Part shown: positions 9,532-19,160 of the stretch, piece by piece | How positions within the stretch are numbered: the stretch's first letter is position 1 | Layout of the letters: each line of letters opens with the position of its first letter | DNA from: a virus | Lineage: Duplodnaviria > Caudoviricetes | Length of the DNA: 52,868 nucleotides | Reading direction: 5' to 3' (one strand) | Virus record (IMG/VR): IMGVR_UViG_3300009159_006334 | Span: 1-52,868 of that record | The notes under the pieces: generated by a model | What the model saw: only the letters and a program-made list of their open reading frames with translations | Told to the model about the DNA's origin: nothing | Databases searched by the model: none | Program-made: the position numbers and the translations under genes

Positions 9532-10104
9532 TTAACTTTTTTTAATCTTGCATACCCAGGAAACATCAGCAAATGCTTCAAAGTTATATGGTATTAATGA
9601 ATTTGCAATTGAACACTTCTCTATATCCTTATCTTGAATCTCTAACCAATCCCATTTCTTATTATAAAACTCTTGTCCGAATATTGCAAAATTAGGGACG
9701 TAGTCGTGTGCCATTATAACATCTCCTTCTTTTAAGAATGCTGAGAAGGTATTAAATTCTTTTGGTTTATCTCCGCCATCGCATAGTAATAGGACTTTAC
9801 CGTGGTTCTGTATTAAACTCTGTAAGTCGTATTCAAAAATATTCATATGGTTTATATTAATACCTTTACTAATTAAGTTATTATGAGTACTATGAGGATC
9901 TTCGATATCAAACGACATCAGCTTATAGCTTAAACTGTGTTCAGCTTTAAAATCATATAAAAATTCAACAAAACCACCTACTGCGGTTCCAATTTCTACA
10001 ATTAAGTCGAAAGGTTCTTCTAATAGAAATTTCTCGAAGACATTCCAAGCATTAAATTGCTGCTGTGCTTTGTATTTGCCTTTATATGTAGAATACATGT
10101 CCAT
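9532..10104 (-). CDS. Class I SAM-dependent methyltransferase (CmcI/Methyltransf_24-like)
   Basis: IVEIGTAVGG, LCDGG, LKEGDVIMAHDY. Confidence 0.7.
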   Translation of the reverse strand: MDMYSTYKGKYKAQQQFNAWNVFEKFLLEEPFDLIVEIGTAVGGFVEFLYDFKAEHSLSYKLMSFDIEDPHSTHNNLISKGININHMNIFEYDLQSLIQNHGKVLLLCDGGDKPKEFNTFSAFLKEGDVIMAHDYVPNFAIFGQEFYNKKWDWLEIQDKDIEKCSIANSLIPYNFEAFADVSWVCKIKKS

Positions 10105-10144
10105 AAAATGTAATATAACCTTTTTAGCAATGTTATCAAACTGT

Positions 10145-11188
10145 TTATATGAGTTTTTTAATACCTATGTTAATTTTAATACTATTTTTAGAGCTATTAT
10201 ACTGTTCTAGGATAGTATCCCACTTCTCTTCTGAGATTACTGAGGGCTGCTTTCTATATTCTTCGGCAAATAGGCTCCATGTTGAGGTATTTGACTTTAT
10301 TAAGAATTTACAAAAACTTAAAGCAAATAAATCAACCATATTACATATTGTAAGCTCTTTCTCATCAGTATCGATAATATCTCCAGATAGAGTAAGGAGT
10401 TCTTTAATCTCACCTATTATAGTTTCTTTAAGGATAATATTCTTACCGTATTTTTCGACGTAATATGAAATTAAGTGAAAAGGTAGATCTGTACTAATGT
10501 AGAACTTTTGATTCGGATTTATTTTTAAAAAATTATCAATAATATTAAAATAAACCTCATCATTGATGTAAGGATACCCTTCGTGATTGTATATGTAAAT
10601 TTTACTCCTAAAATCAAGGTAGGATTCTTTTATGTTAGACGATTCAATGTCTATTTTATCTTTGTCGTATGCAACGCCAGAACCTCTTCTAAGATGTATA
10701 CCTATTGCATCCTTAGTAATATCTTTTAAATAGTCTTCTACTAAGTAGTTTTTTATTTTTATATAAGATAACGGACGTATTTTATCTTGATACTGAGTCT
10801 GTAGTGTGTTTAGAAAAGTAGAAGTAAGAAGTTCGCCGCTCTCACTAAATTTACCAAAATCAAAGGTGTACGTTAAGTGATTAAAGTCTGCTAATTGCTT
10901 CGCAGAGTACATATGATGGCAAAAGTCTTCTCGTACTTCCTTAATGTCGGGAGTATTAATAACTTTTTGATCTATGTTTTGTACTAGGGATGTGTAAGGT
11001 AGAAAAATAAAGTCATTGCTAACTTCAGGCCATTCTGTTTGATCCATCAATATACGATAACCTCTTCCTAATGTTTCTCTTAAATAATATGCTATCTCCC
11101 AATTCGCAACCCTATTACCAAAACTTGTATCTAAATTATGCCACATGAATCGTTTGTTGATCCACATTAGCGATTTTTCAGAATCCAT
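10145..11188 (-). CDS. Fucosyltransferase-superfamily glycosyltransferase (GT11/NodZ/O-FucT-like)
   Basis: FGNR, GIHLRRG, FYISTD, DLFALSFC...STWS motifs. Confidence 0.7.
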   Translation of the reverse strand: MDSEKSLMWINKRFMWHNLDTSFGNRVANWEIAYYLRETLGRGYRILMDQTEWPEVSNDFIFLPYTSLVQNIDQKVINTPDIKEVREDFCHHMYSAKQLADFNHLTYTFDFGKFSESGELLTSTFLNTLQTQYQDKIRPLSYIKIKNYLVEDYLKDITKDAIGIHLRRGSGVAYDKDKIDIESSNIKESYLDFRSKIYIYNHEGYPYINDEVYFNIIDNFLKINPNQKFYISTDLPFHLISYYVEKYGKNIILKETIIGEIKELLTLSGDIIDTDEKELTICNMVDLFALSFCKFLIKSNTSTWSLFAEEYRKQPSVISEEKWDTILEQYNSSKNSIKINIGIKKLI

Positions 11189-11343
11189 TAGCTCTGTGAT
11201 GCCTTTAATAGCTTAATAAATTTGCTTATAATACTGTTTGATTGTACCTTATGCTTATCACTTAAGGGTTTCATTGCTCTTTCCAAGGTAGTTGATTGAT
11301 CTACTTTTTTGTATACTATCTTATTCACTGTAGTCTCTGACAT
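11188..11343 (-). CDS. Small 51-aa hypothetical protein
   Basis: Manual translation MSETTVNKIVYKKVDQSTTLERAMKPLSDKHKVQSNSIISKFIKLLKASQS; fills the gap exactly, TAATG overlap with next gene. Confidence 0.7.
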   Translation of the reverse strand: MSETTVNKIVYKKVDQSTTLERAMKPLSDKHKVQSNSIISKFIKLLKASQS

Positions 11344-11351
11344 AGTAATTA

Positions 11352-13214
11352 TTATTTATTGTGAACTAACACGTTGTTAGCGTAAAAATTATGGTTATCT
11401 TCCACTGTGATGATATAAGTACTAGTACTATCTACATCTAAAAGTTCGATTTGTTTGATTGCAGTCATGCTCATACCGTTTGAAGTATATACTAAATCGC
11501 CTACTTTAATTAACTCAACTTCTCTATCTATACTGTGTATTGTTTTTGTTGATTCAGGATCTAAAGAAGCTAATTTTAAACCGTCTACATAAAAAGGATG
11601 TTCTGGAGTAGCAGTAATTGAAGTTTGATTTGAGAAATGGTAAGTTACTAACTTAGTACTGTTGTTTACTCTACAAGAAATAACTTCTTTAATTTCATTT
11701 GTATTAGTTTCTTCATTATATGAAAGTACTTTCTCGCTTTCTACTATTTCTTCAATATTTTTCTCTGTTCCATCTTCCATCTGCACCTTAGTACCGGCAA
11801 TAAAGCAGTTATGAGCTATTGTAAAGAAAGTACTCATACTAAATCCGTGAATATTCTTAGTTGCTAATATAAAGTTATCTTCTTCCTCAAGGTTTAATGC
11901 ATAAACAGTTTGAGGCTCTTCAAAAATTACTAATTCAATTGAATTTACAGTAACTAGAGTACCATTACTTGAAAGAATTGAGTCTCCGGTCTTAATATCT
12001 AAAACTCTTCGGTATTTTATAGTATTTGTTTCTTTATTATATACTAATAATCTCGTCTCACCTCCTATTACTATCTCTTCACCATCTCCAAAATTTATAG
12101 AGGTCATTTCATTAGTATAAGTTAAGCCGCTATAGATATCAACTAAAGTTGAAATAGTTTCATGTGATCCTTCTGGTAATACGTTACCGCTTATTAACCA
12201 GTCTCTAATAATAGCCTCGTCATCTGTGTTTGGAGCGCTTTCTATAGAGTAAGACTTAAATTTATCGCCTATCTTTACGTCTTTAATTTGAATAGTGTTG
12301 CCTTCTTCGTCTAAAATTTCAGTATCTCCAATAAACCCATGTCTAATATTTTTAACATGGTTTGTTGCAAACTCATAATAATGTTTATTAGATACTTTAT
12401 TAACTAATGATGTATCGTCGAATCCAACTTCAGTCGGTAAATCAAGAACGGCTAAAATTTCATAATCAGCAACAGTACATAAATCTAGATTAGGTCCGTA
12501 TACGATTTGAAATGAACGAACCGAACTAACCTTATTATTATTACTTTCAACTGCAGATGGTGAGTAGTGGTATTGTTGTAATACCAAATTGTGATCATTT
12601 ATTTCTTCTAAGAAAGAATTAAGTCTATTCTGTACTGGTAGTTCGGATTGGCCTATTTTATAAAAGCCGTGTGATTTATGTTCTTCAATTGTTGACTTTA
12701 CAATAACATCCGGAATATTACCTTGATTTAATAAGTTAATATCAAGTGTATTGTAGTCTCCATTCAAGTTAGATGAATGGTAGAAATTAACAATAGATTG
12801 AGAATCGCCTGCATCAGCAAATAACTTTAATAAGTTTAATGTGCCTTTAGCGTATTCAGAATCCAATATTGATGTCTCATCGTACGCCATTCTTAAAACA
12901 AAGGTACTACCGTTATCGTCGATTGCTGGAGGGAAAATACTATCTTCAGGAGTCAAGATTGGATTTAATGTAATAGAAAGAGCGCTTTTCTCTAGGGATT
13001 CTCTTAGTGATTCAATAATAGGGTACTGAATACTATGCTTATACACCACGGTCAATTCCGTAATTGCATTATTGTTTAATATGTTAAAAAATTCAGACCA
13101 ATCGAATACAGATTTTTGAGATTCAATAATACCAGTATCAGTATTTATCTCAATTAAGCGCAAATCGTCGTTTTGGTCTCTAACAAAATCAGCTGAAAAA
13201 AAAGTTCCTTTCAT
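11352..13214 (-). CDS. Circularly permuted ATP-grasp-like domain fused to two tandem Hint (intein-like) domains
   Basis: N-term SADFVRD...LRLIEINTD, later VIVKS and VLQQY; Hint1 G293-N469 (GFIGDTEI...IAHN); Hint2 C470-N619 (CFIAGTKV...TPEHPF...NHNFYANNVLVHN) then K and stop. Confidence 0.75.
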   Translation of the reverse strand: MKGTFFSADFVRDQNDDLRLIEINTDTGIIESQKSVFDWSEFFNILNNNAITELTVVYKHSIQYPIIESLRESLEKSALSITLNPILTPEDSIFPPAIDDNGSTFVLRMAYDETSILDSEYAKGTLNLLKLFADAGDSQSIVNFYHSSNLNGDYNTLDINLLNQGNIPDVIVKSTIEEHKSHGFYKIGQSELPVQNRLNSFLEEINDHNLVLQQYHYSPSAVESNNNKVSSVRSFQIVYGPNLDLCTVADYEILAVLDLPTEVGFDDTSLVNKVSNKHYYEFATNHVKNIRHGFIGDTEILDEEGNTIQIKDVKIGDKFKSYSIESAPNTDDEAIIRDWLISGNVLPEGSHETISTLVDIYSGLTYTNEMTSINFGDGEEIVIGGETRLLVYNKETNTIKYRRVLDIKTGDSILSSNGTLVTVNSIELVIFEEPQTVYALNLEEEDNFILATKNIHGFSMSTFFTIAHNCFIAGTKVQMEDGTEKNIEEIVESEKVLSYNEETNTNEIKEVISCRVNNSTKLVTYHFSNQTSITATPEHPFYVDGLKLASLDPESTKTIHSIDREVELIKVGDLVYTSNGMSMTAIKQIELLDVDSTSTYIITVEDNHNFYANNVLVHNK

Positions 13215-13230
13215 AAAATTACCAGTTTTA

Positions 13231-13238
13231 TATAAATA
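13231..13238 (-). promoter_or_regulatory. Putative phage promoter motif TATTTATA
   Basis: 16 nt upstream of the ATP-grasp-Hint gene. Confidence 0.6.
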
Positions 13239-13281
13239 TCTACTAAATTCAAATATTCAAGTCAATTATGTATATATATGT

Positions 13282-14355
13282 CTATACGATCTTCTTTGTT
13301 ATATCTACTACGTCGTGTAAATTGTGATATACCTGCGGCTCAATCCATATCTTCTTAGCTTCTTCAATAAAATCACTGTATTCAGGATGTATTGGATCCC
13401 AGACTTTAACGAATTCGTACTGATTACAGTTAAATGTTCCCCAGTTATTGATTTTAATGAATAAAACAGATGCTTTTTTACCGAATATTCCCCTAATTAA
13501 GTCAGCAAACATCCTCATTTCCTTATAATTAGCTTGTTGAACTACAAAAGACGTTCTTACCTCTTCCAAACTCGGAATTGTACTGATAAATTTAAGGTTC
13601 TTGATTAAATTATCCCAATTACCGTTTAATCTAACCTTATTCTCGTAAGTTTCTCTAGTTGCAGCGTCAATACTGATCTCACACGTCTTTACATACTTGT
13701 GAATGTTCGGCATAGTGTTCCACATCTTCTTAGTCCACATAGATGCATTTGTATGTAAGTGAATACTCTTAAGTTTTGGGTACTCTTCTTTATTAAAAGT
13801 CTGTAAAAAGGTCCTAAATGTGTTTGAGACAAAAGGATCTCCGGATGCAGTGAAGTATAATGTCTTAGCATCCTTTGAAAACAGTCTTTTCATCTCTGTC
13901 ATGGTATCTTCTATCTCTATTAAATTCTCTGGAGTAGCTTTATAGGTCTCTTTTCTGCAAGAAGGACATTTATAATTACAGCTCTTGTCGAAATTATGTT
14001 CTATTTTCTCAGGACCCACTTCCATATAAGGGTCTTGATTAATAAACTTCTCTTTAAACTTATTTGGTAGGTCATCTTTGTGGTAAATTGGGCCTTTAGG
14101 ATCTACCTCGTTAAATTTCAATAGATATGATAAATATGGGCATTGAGTAGCATCACAATGTCTGTATGACCCATCCATTACCGATCTTCTTGATTCTAAA
14201 GAGTCTTCTGAGTTCCAGATCTCACTTAAAGGTTGATTTTCAGGGTTTCTTTTAATTAACCACTCAGGAATACAGAGAAAGTACTGATTTTCTTCATGTA
14301 TATGTAGAAATCTAAAAGGTGCTGTACACACATAATTTTTTAAATCAACTTTCAT
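13282..14355 (-). CDS. Radical SAM protein with N-terminal SPASM/Twitch-like Cys domain
   Basis: CNYKCPSC, SGDPF, HTNA, ISIDA; N-term CTAPF...LC...IWNS...C...CP. Confidence 0.88.
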   Translation of the reverse strand: MKVDLKNYVCTAPFRFLHIHEENQYFLCIPEWLIKRNPENQPLSEIWNSEDSLESRRSVMDGSYRHCDATQCPYLSYLLKFNEVDPKGPIYHKDDLPNKFKEKFINQDPYMEVGPEKIEHNFDKSCNYKCPSCRKETYKATPENLIEIEDTMTEMKRLFSKDAKTLYFTASGDPFVSNTFRTFLQTFNKEEYPKLKSIHLHTNASMWTKKMWNTMPNIHKYVKTCEISIDAATRETYENKVRLNGNWDNLIKNLKFISTIPSLEEVRTSFVVQQANYKEMRMFADLIRGIFGKKASVLFIKINNWGTFNCNQYEFVKVWDPIHPEYSDFIEEAKKIWIEPQVYHNLHDVVDITKKIV

Positions 14356-15429
14356 CTATATAATCTCCTTTTTTACTTCTATGAATTCATACATGTTATG
14401 AAATACTTGTGTATCTCTCCAAACCTTATTAAATTCCTTCTTAAAAAGATCGTGTTCAGGGTGATTAACATCCCACACTTTCTTAAGCTTAAATTCTCCT
14501 TCAGTAAAAGTATCCCAGTTATTTATTTTACCAAAAAACACATGAACCTTTTTGCCAAAAATTGATTTCATTAGCTTTAAAAATGTTTCCATTTCGGCAT
14601 AATTACTATCCTGTACTACAAATGATGTTTTAATGTACTTTAGTACAGGTATCTTTGATATAAAATGCAAGTTGCCAATTAAATTATCCCAATTACCTCC
14701 TAAACGTGTCTTATTTTCATAAGTCTCTCTAGTACCCGCATCTATGCTTATTTCACAGCTCTTAACATAAGGCCATACATTCTTCATACTATCCCACATC
14801 TTCTCATTCCACATTGATGCATTAGTATGTAAGTGTATGTTCTTTAATTTTGGATATTTCTTAGGGTCGAACGTTCGTAAAAAATCTCTAAAGCCAACTG
14901 ATACGAATGGATCACCACTGCCAGTAATAAACATTGTAGATAGGTACTTTGCGAATTTAGTCTCTATTTCTAAAAGAGTAGCTTTTACTCTTTCAATACC
15001 TTTAGAGTTTTCAACAATTAAATCAACTCGACATGACGGACATTTGTAATTACAAGTTCTATCAAATGCAAATTGAATAACAGAAGGTCCAAGATTCATC
15101 TCACCAGTCTCAGCATTATAGTTATCAGTTATGTAGCTTGGTGTATTCTTTCTTTCTACTATTGGATTTACATTATTTAACTTTTTATCGTTTAATAACT
15201 CGGATAAAAACGGACATTGCTTTTTGTCGCAGTACTTATAGGAGCCATCGTGTATTGATTTTCTTATTTCTTTTGCTTCTTCAGAGTTCCAGACTTCATC
15301 TAACGGCTTTTCCATATCTGGAGCAATATTGTTAGGTAGCCACGTAGGGCAGCACATAAAGATAGCTTGATTATGAATTTCAATATTTACAAACGGAGCT
15401 GTACATATGTAATTTTTTAAGTCTCTCAT
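14356..15429 (-). CDS. Radical SAM protein with N-terminal SPASM/Twitch-like Cys domain (close paralogue of neighbour)
   Basis: CNYKCPSC, GSGDPF; N-term CTAPF...CCPTWL. Confidence 0.88.
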   Translation of the reverse strand: MRDLKNYICTAPFVNIEIHNQAIFMCCPTWLPNNIAPDMEKPLDEVWNSEEAKEIRKSIHDGSYKYCDKKQCPFLSELLNDKKLNNVNPIVERKNTPSYITDNYNAETGEMNLGPSVIQFAFDRTCNYKCPSCRVDLIVENSKGIERVKATLLEIETKFAKYLSTMFITGSGDPFVSVGFRDFLRTFDPKKYPKLKNIHLHTNASMWNEKMWDSMKNVWPYVKSCEISIDAGTRETYENKTRLGGNWDNLIGNLHFISKIPVLKYIKTSFVVQDSNYAEMETFLKLMKSIFGKKVHVFFGKINNWDTFTEGEFKLKKVWDVNHPEHDLFKKEFNKVWRDTQVFHNMYEFIEVKKEII

Positions 15430-16008
15430 TTATATCAATTTATTTTTTTTAAGTACATACCCATTTGGTGCTATATTTGATTTAAATGTATCTAATTGCC
15501 TAAAAATACTCTCTTCACTACTTTTTATTTTCATTTTCTTTTTATTTACAATAGATAACTCATAATCGTAAGGAAATTTTACCTTTCTACTATTAAAATA
15601 GTCAAGTAACTTAGTAGCACCTTGGTGGGATACAAAGTATGAATAACAACTACCCTCTACTCCTAGGTTGTAAAGGTCAAATTCCTTAAAATTTACTTTT
15701 GTCCAATCGAAGCTACTAACTATATCAATATCGTCTTCTATTATTAATATATCGCTTTTGGATTCAGCTGATAACTTAATCAATGTTAGGTGAGATAAAA
15801 ACGTTGCCATAGTTGCTCTTTGGCTAAAGTCCCACTCGCTTAAATAACTATCAACAAAATACCTTTTTTCCAATTCTACTGTAATATCGCCTGGTTCTAT
15901 TGCGTCAAAGAATTGAAACTCTAGTCCAATCCTATCCTCTATAGATTTCATCCATATTTTTCTACCTTCGTCTGCTTTTAGTGAAATACAGTATGTTTTA
16001 AATTCCAT
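15430..16008 (-). CDS. Glycosyltransferase family 25
   Basis: CISL...R...FFDAI, SHL, ILIIEDD, SYFVSHQGATKLL. Confidence 0.8.
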   Translation of the reverse strand: MEFKTYCISLKADEGRKIWMKSIEDRIGLEFQFFDAIEPGDITVELEKRYFVDSYLSEWDFSQRATMATFLSHLTLIKLSAESKSDILIIEDDIDIVSSFDWTKVNFKEFDLYNLGVEGSCYSYFVSHQGATKLLDYFNSRKVKFPYDYELSIVNKKKMKIKSSEESIFRQLDTFKSNIAPNGYVLKKNKLI

Positions 16009-16653
16009 CTAAATATACTTATTACCTTTCACTTGAAAGCTATTGTGAATATACAATGCATCGTTATTACTGCTGTATAGCTTGGTGTATCCATACCCGT
16101 ATAACAAATTATCAAAATCTTCGTACGAAGTACCTGATTCATAAAAAACGTCGAATGCGCAAATTTCTGACCAAATGCAGTAGGGTCTGTAGGTACCTAA
16201 CTTACTTAGTATTTTATACTCTGCGCCTTCAGCATCGATGTGTATAAAATTTGGTGTTATATTGTTTTCGTTACAGAATTTATCTAAAATTATACTTTTA
16301 ACAAGGTAGGGTTCACCGTATGTTAGATCAAAGTATTTAGTTGGAATTGGTTTTAGTGTACTGCTAGATATATTCCAATCTTTTTGACCATTAAATGTAT
16401 CAGATGGATAGAATATTATTTCACCTTCAATGTCTGATAATGCATAATGAAAATAATTTATTCCATGATCAATTGCTGTTATGGTATTGCTTTCTTTAAA
16501 TTTCTTATTACATTCAAATGCATAAAATTCTGCATTTGGTAAATGATTCTTAAAGTCGATTGTATCATACAAATCAGAACACCCTATGTTAAAAAAATTT
16601 ATTTTCTTATCATAGAAATTATCTACTAAAAAATCTACACTTAAATCGCTCAT
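16009..16653 (-). CDS. FkbM-family methyltransferase
   Basis: YAFE, ALSD, LDKFC, IHIDAEGAEYKIL. Confidence 0.82.
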   Translation of the reverse strand: MSDLSVDFLVDNFYDKKINFFNIGCSDLYDTIDFKNHLPNAEFYAFECNKKFKESNTITAIDHGINYFHYALSDIEGEIIFYPSDTFNGQKDWNISSSTLKPIPTKYFDLTYGEPYLVKSIILDKFCNENNITPNFIHIDAEGAEYKILSKLGTYRPYCIWSEICAFDVFYESGTSYEDFDNLLYGYGYTKLYSSNNDALYIHNSFQVKGNKYI

Positions 16654-16658
16654 AATTT

Positions 16659-18212
16659 TTATTTGAAAAACATTTGATTGTTTATTACTAATATATCTAT
16701 ATCTGTTTCTTGGAATGTCTTAAAAGCATCTTCGGGAGTCAGTACCATAGTCTTATCCTTTATATTAAAAGAGGTGTTAAGTAGTATTGGAAATCCACTT
16801 AGCTTTTCAAAACGTGTTAATAGCTTATGCATATTAGTTACACGGTTATGAACAGTTTGTATCCTAGCTGTACCATCTACGTGCGTTACTGCTTTTAGTT
16901 TATCTCTGTATTCCTCTCTTACCTTAACAACTTGATTCATATACGGAATAAAATTATGCGATTCAAAGTAAGTATTTTGTGCGAACTGAGTAACCATTGG
17001 TGCAAATGGTCTAAACATCTCACGTTTTTTAATAAGTTTGTTTATTCGATCTTGCATTCCAGGTAATGTTGGGTTTGCTAAGATACTTCTATGTCCTAAT
17101 GCACGTGCACCAAACTCAATCTTACCTTCGTACCAGCCTACTACCTTTCCTTCGTGTAATTTTTTTGCTATAATATTTAAATCTAGCATTTCTGAGTTAC
17201 ACATTGTAAATTTATACTCCGGACCTAAGAAAGGGTCTTGTTTTATACGATGATGTACAAAATTAGTACAAGCACCAATGCAAGAACCTGCATCTGAAGG
17301 TGCAACAGGTATCCAGATATTCTTATAGGGGGTATTTTCCTTTATCTTACCGTTTGCAGTGCCATTATAGGCACATCCTCCGCTTAAGCATAAATTCTCC
17401 CCTGGATACAGGTTTAAAAAGTGGAATAAAGCTTTTTCGTATATCCATTGAAGAGATGCTGCAATATCTTTATGTCTTTGCTCTATTGGTTCGTCAGGAA
17501 GCCTGTTATCTCCTAGTAGTTCTATTAAATGGTGATTAAACATTACTCTATTACTGCTATTCCACGTGAAATACTTCATATCTACGTGTAGTCCTTTCTT
17601 ATAATTAAGTAATTTCCTAAACTTACCTTTATGCTTTGTCGGATCTCCATAAGAAGCGAGCCCCATTACCTTATATTCGCCTTCGTTTGGTTTAAACCCT
17701 AGATAAGCAGTGATAGCTGAGTATAATAACCCTAAAGAGTGTGGATATTTAACAGTAAGTTCAGGGATAAATTCTCCGTCTACTACCCTTACTATTCTTA
17801 ACGTCTCCTCTTCCCCCACTCCGTCAATACTAACTAGAGTTGCATCTGCAAAGGGAGAACTGTTGTAAGCATACATTAAATGAGACATGTGGTGTTCAGA
17901 AAAGAACACGGTATCACTAAGCTTCTTTAGTTTAAACCATACTTTAATGCCTGTCCACAAGGTTCTAGGTACAGATCTCCAATTATGCTTTAAAGCTCTT
18001 AATAATTTCAAGTGCGGCTTTTCATAATAACATACTACGTCGAACTTATCGGTGTAAGTATCCTTAATATACTGTATTGTATTAACAGGGAAAGAAGAAT
18101 CGTGCTTTATTCCTGTAAATTTCTCTTCTTCACATGCAAACACAAGTTTTCCCTCTTGAAATAGGCAAGCAGCCGAATCGTGATAATATGCTGATATTCC
18201 TAGTACGTTCAT
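16659..18212 (-). CDS. Carbamoyltransferase (NodU/CmcH family)
   Basis: LGISAYYHDSAA, EHHMSH, DGVGE, GEYKVMGLASYG, EFGARALGHRSIL, RPFAP, HVDGTARIQTV, LNTSFN. Confidence 0.95.
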   Translation of the reverse strand: MNVLGISAYYHDSAACLFQEGKLVFACEEEKFTGIKHDSSFPVNTIQYIKDTYTDKFDVVCYYEKPHLKLLRALKHNWRSVPRTLWTGIKVWFKLKKLSDTVFFSEHHMSHLMYAYNSSPFADATLVSIDGVGEEETLRIVRVVDGEFIPELTVKYPHSLGLLYSAITAYLGFKPNEGEYKVMGLASYGDPTKHKGKFRKLLNYKKGLHVDMKYFTWNSSNRVMFNHHLIELLGDNRLPDEPIEQRHKDIAASLQWIYEKALFHFLNLYPGENLCLSGGCAYNGTANGKIKENTPYKNIWIPVAPSDAGSCIGACTNFVHHRIKQDPFLGPEYKFTMCNSEMLDLNIIAKKLHEGKVVGWYEGKIEFGARALGHRSILANPTLPGMQDRINKLIKKREMFRPFAPMVTQFAQNTYFESHNFIPYMNQVVKVREEYRDKLKAVTHVDGTARIQTVHNRVTNMHKLLTRFEKLSGFPILLNTSFNIKDKTMVLTPEDAFKTFQETDIDILVINNQMFFK

Positions 18213-18328
18213 TAGTGGTTATAGATAAATGGATCACGCTTTTTTAACTCTTCAATTTTCTTCTTAAATCGCTTTTTACGCTTACGTTCTTCCCATTTGT
18301 CTTTAATCCACTTGATTAGCTTTTTCAT
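18212..18328 (-). CDS. Small basic 38-aa protein ending DPFIYNH
   Basis: Manual translation MKKLIKWIKDKWEERKRKKRFKKKIEELKKRDPFIYNH; TAATG overlap with carbamoyltransferase start. Confidence 0.72.
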   Translation of the reverse strand: MKKLIKWIKDKWEERKRKKRFKKKIEELKKRDPFIYNH

Positions 18329-18374
18329 AACCGAAATATACGTTTATTTGTTAAAATTTGAACTCTTTTTCAAT

Positions 18375-18390
18375 AATAAATATATTTATA
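18375..18390. promoter_or_regulatory. Back-to-back divergent promoter motifs (palindrome ATAAATATATTTAT)
   Basis: Located at the only divergent gene junction; one TATTTATW copy on each strand. Confidence 0.6.
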
Positions 18391-18407
18391 CATAGCAATA
18401 CAGTTAT

Positions 18408-19148
18408 ATGGAAGACAAAAAGACTTTAATATCTAGCGGATGCAGCTTTACCGCACATAGCCACAACTGGCCTTATATTTTAGAAGAATCTTACGGCTTT
18501 AACCTAATAAACTGCGCAGAAGCGTCACAGGGTAATGGATTGATATCTAGAAAGTTAATTCACAAATTAAATAAGCTAGTCGAGTATCCGAATCCTAAAA
18601 ATTTAATAGTAGGTGTGATGTGGTCTGCTATAGATAGAGGTGAGCGCTATATTGAACCTGGAGATATGTACGTAGGTCCTCCTTTCTTAAATCATAACCC
18701 AACTCGAGTGTCAGAAGATTCTCATTGGAGTGGATGGAGAATGATGTCTCCTCAGTGGGATAAGTCAGAAGACTGTATTCAATATTATAAAATATTCAAT
18801 CATCCAATATCTTCCATAGTCCATACTATTGAGCACATATTAAGAGTTCAATGGTATTTAGAAAAAATGAAAATAAATTACTTCATGTCAACTATGCAGC
18901 ACATATTTTATGATGATTTAATTAATAATGCTGAAGTTCGCTATTTGTACGATATGATTGACCATACGAAGTTTTTGCCTGTGAAAGGATGTCACGACTG
19001 GGTAAAGGATAACTACAAGGCTGAGGGTTTCTTGCCTCCTGATCCAAAATGGGATGGTAGGATTGATATGCATCCAACTAGGTTTGGGCATGAAAGATTT
19101 ACAGAAGAGATAATAGTACCACATTTAAAAGAAAGAAATTTAATTTAA
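18408..19148 (+). CDS. SGNH-like protein (GCS variant)
   Basis: SGCSFT, SQGN, VGVMWS, C-terminal DMHPT...GH. Confidence 0.65.
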   Translation: MEDKKTLISSGCSFTAHSHNWPYILEESYGFNLINCAEASQGNGLISRKLIHKLNKLVEYPNPKNLIVGVMWSAIDRGERYIEPGDMYVGPPFLNHNPTRVSEDSHWSGWRMMSPQWDKSEDCIQYYKIFNHPISSIVHTIEHILRVQWYLEKMKINYFMSTMQHIFYDDLINNAEVRYLYDMIDHTKFLPVKGCHDWVKDNYKAEGFLPPDPKWDGRIDMHPTRFGHERFTEEIIVPHLKERNLI

Positions 19149-19160
19149 CAAATTCTAGTT

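Noticed and set aside
10112-10140. Sigma70-like promoter TTGATA-N16-TATATT upstream of the methyltransferase at 10104
   Set aside because: Single instance in very AT-rich DNA; cannot be distinguished from chance by eye
11352-12338. Ordinary mobile intein with homing endonuclease
   Set aside because: No LAGLIDADG/HNH domain, no C-extein and no Cys/Ser/Thr after the final Asn
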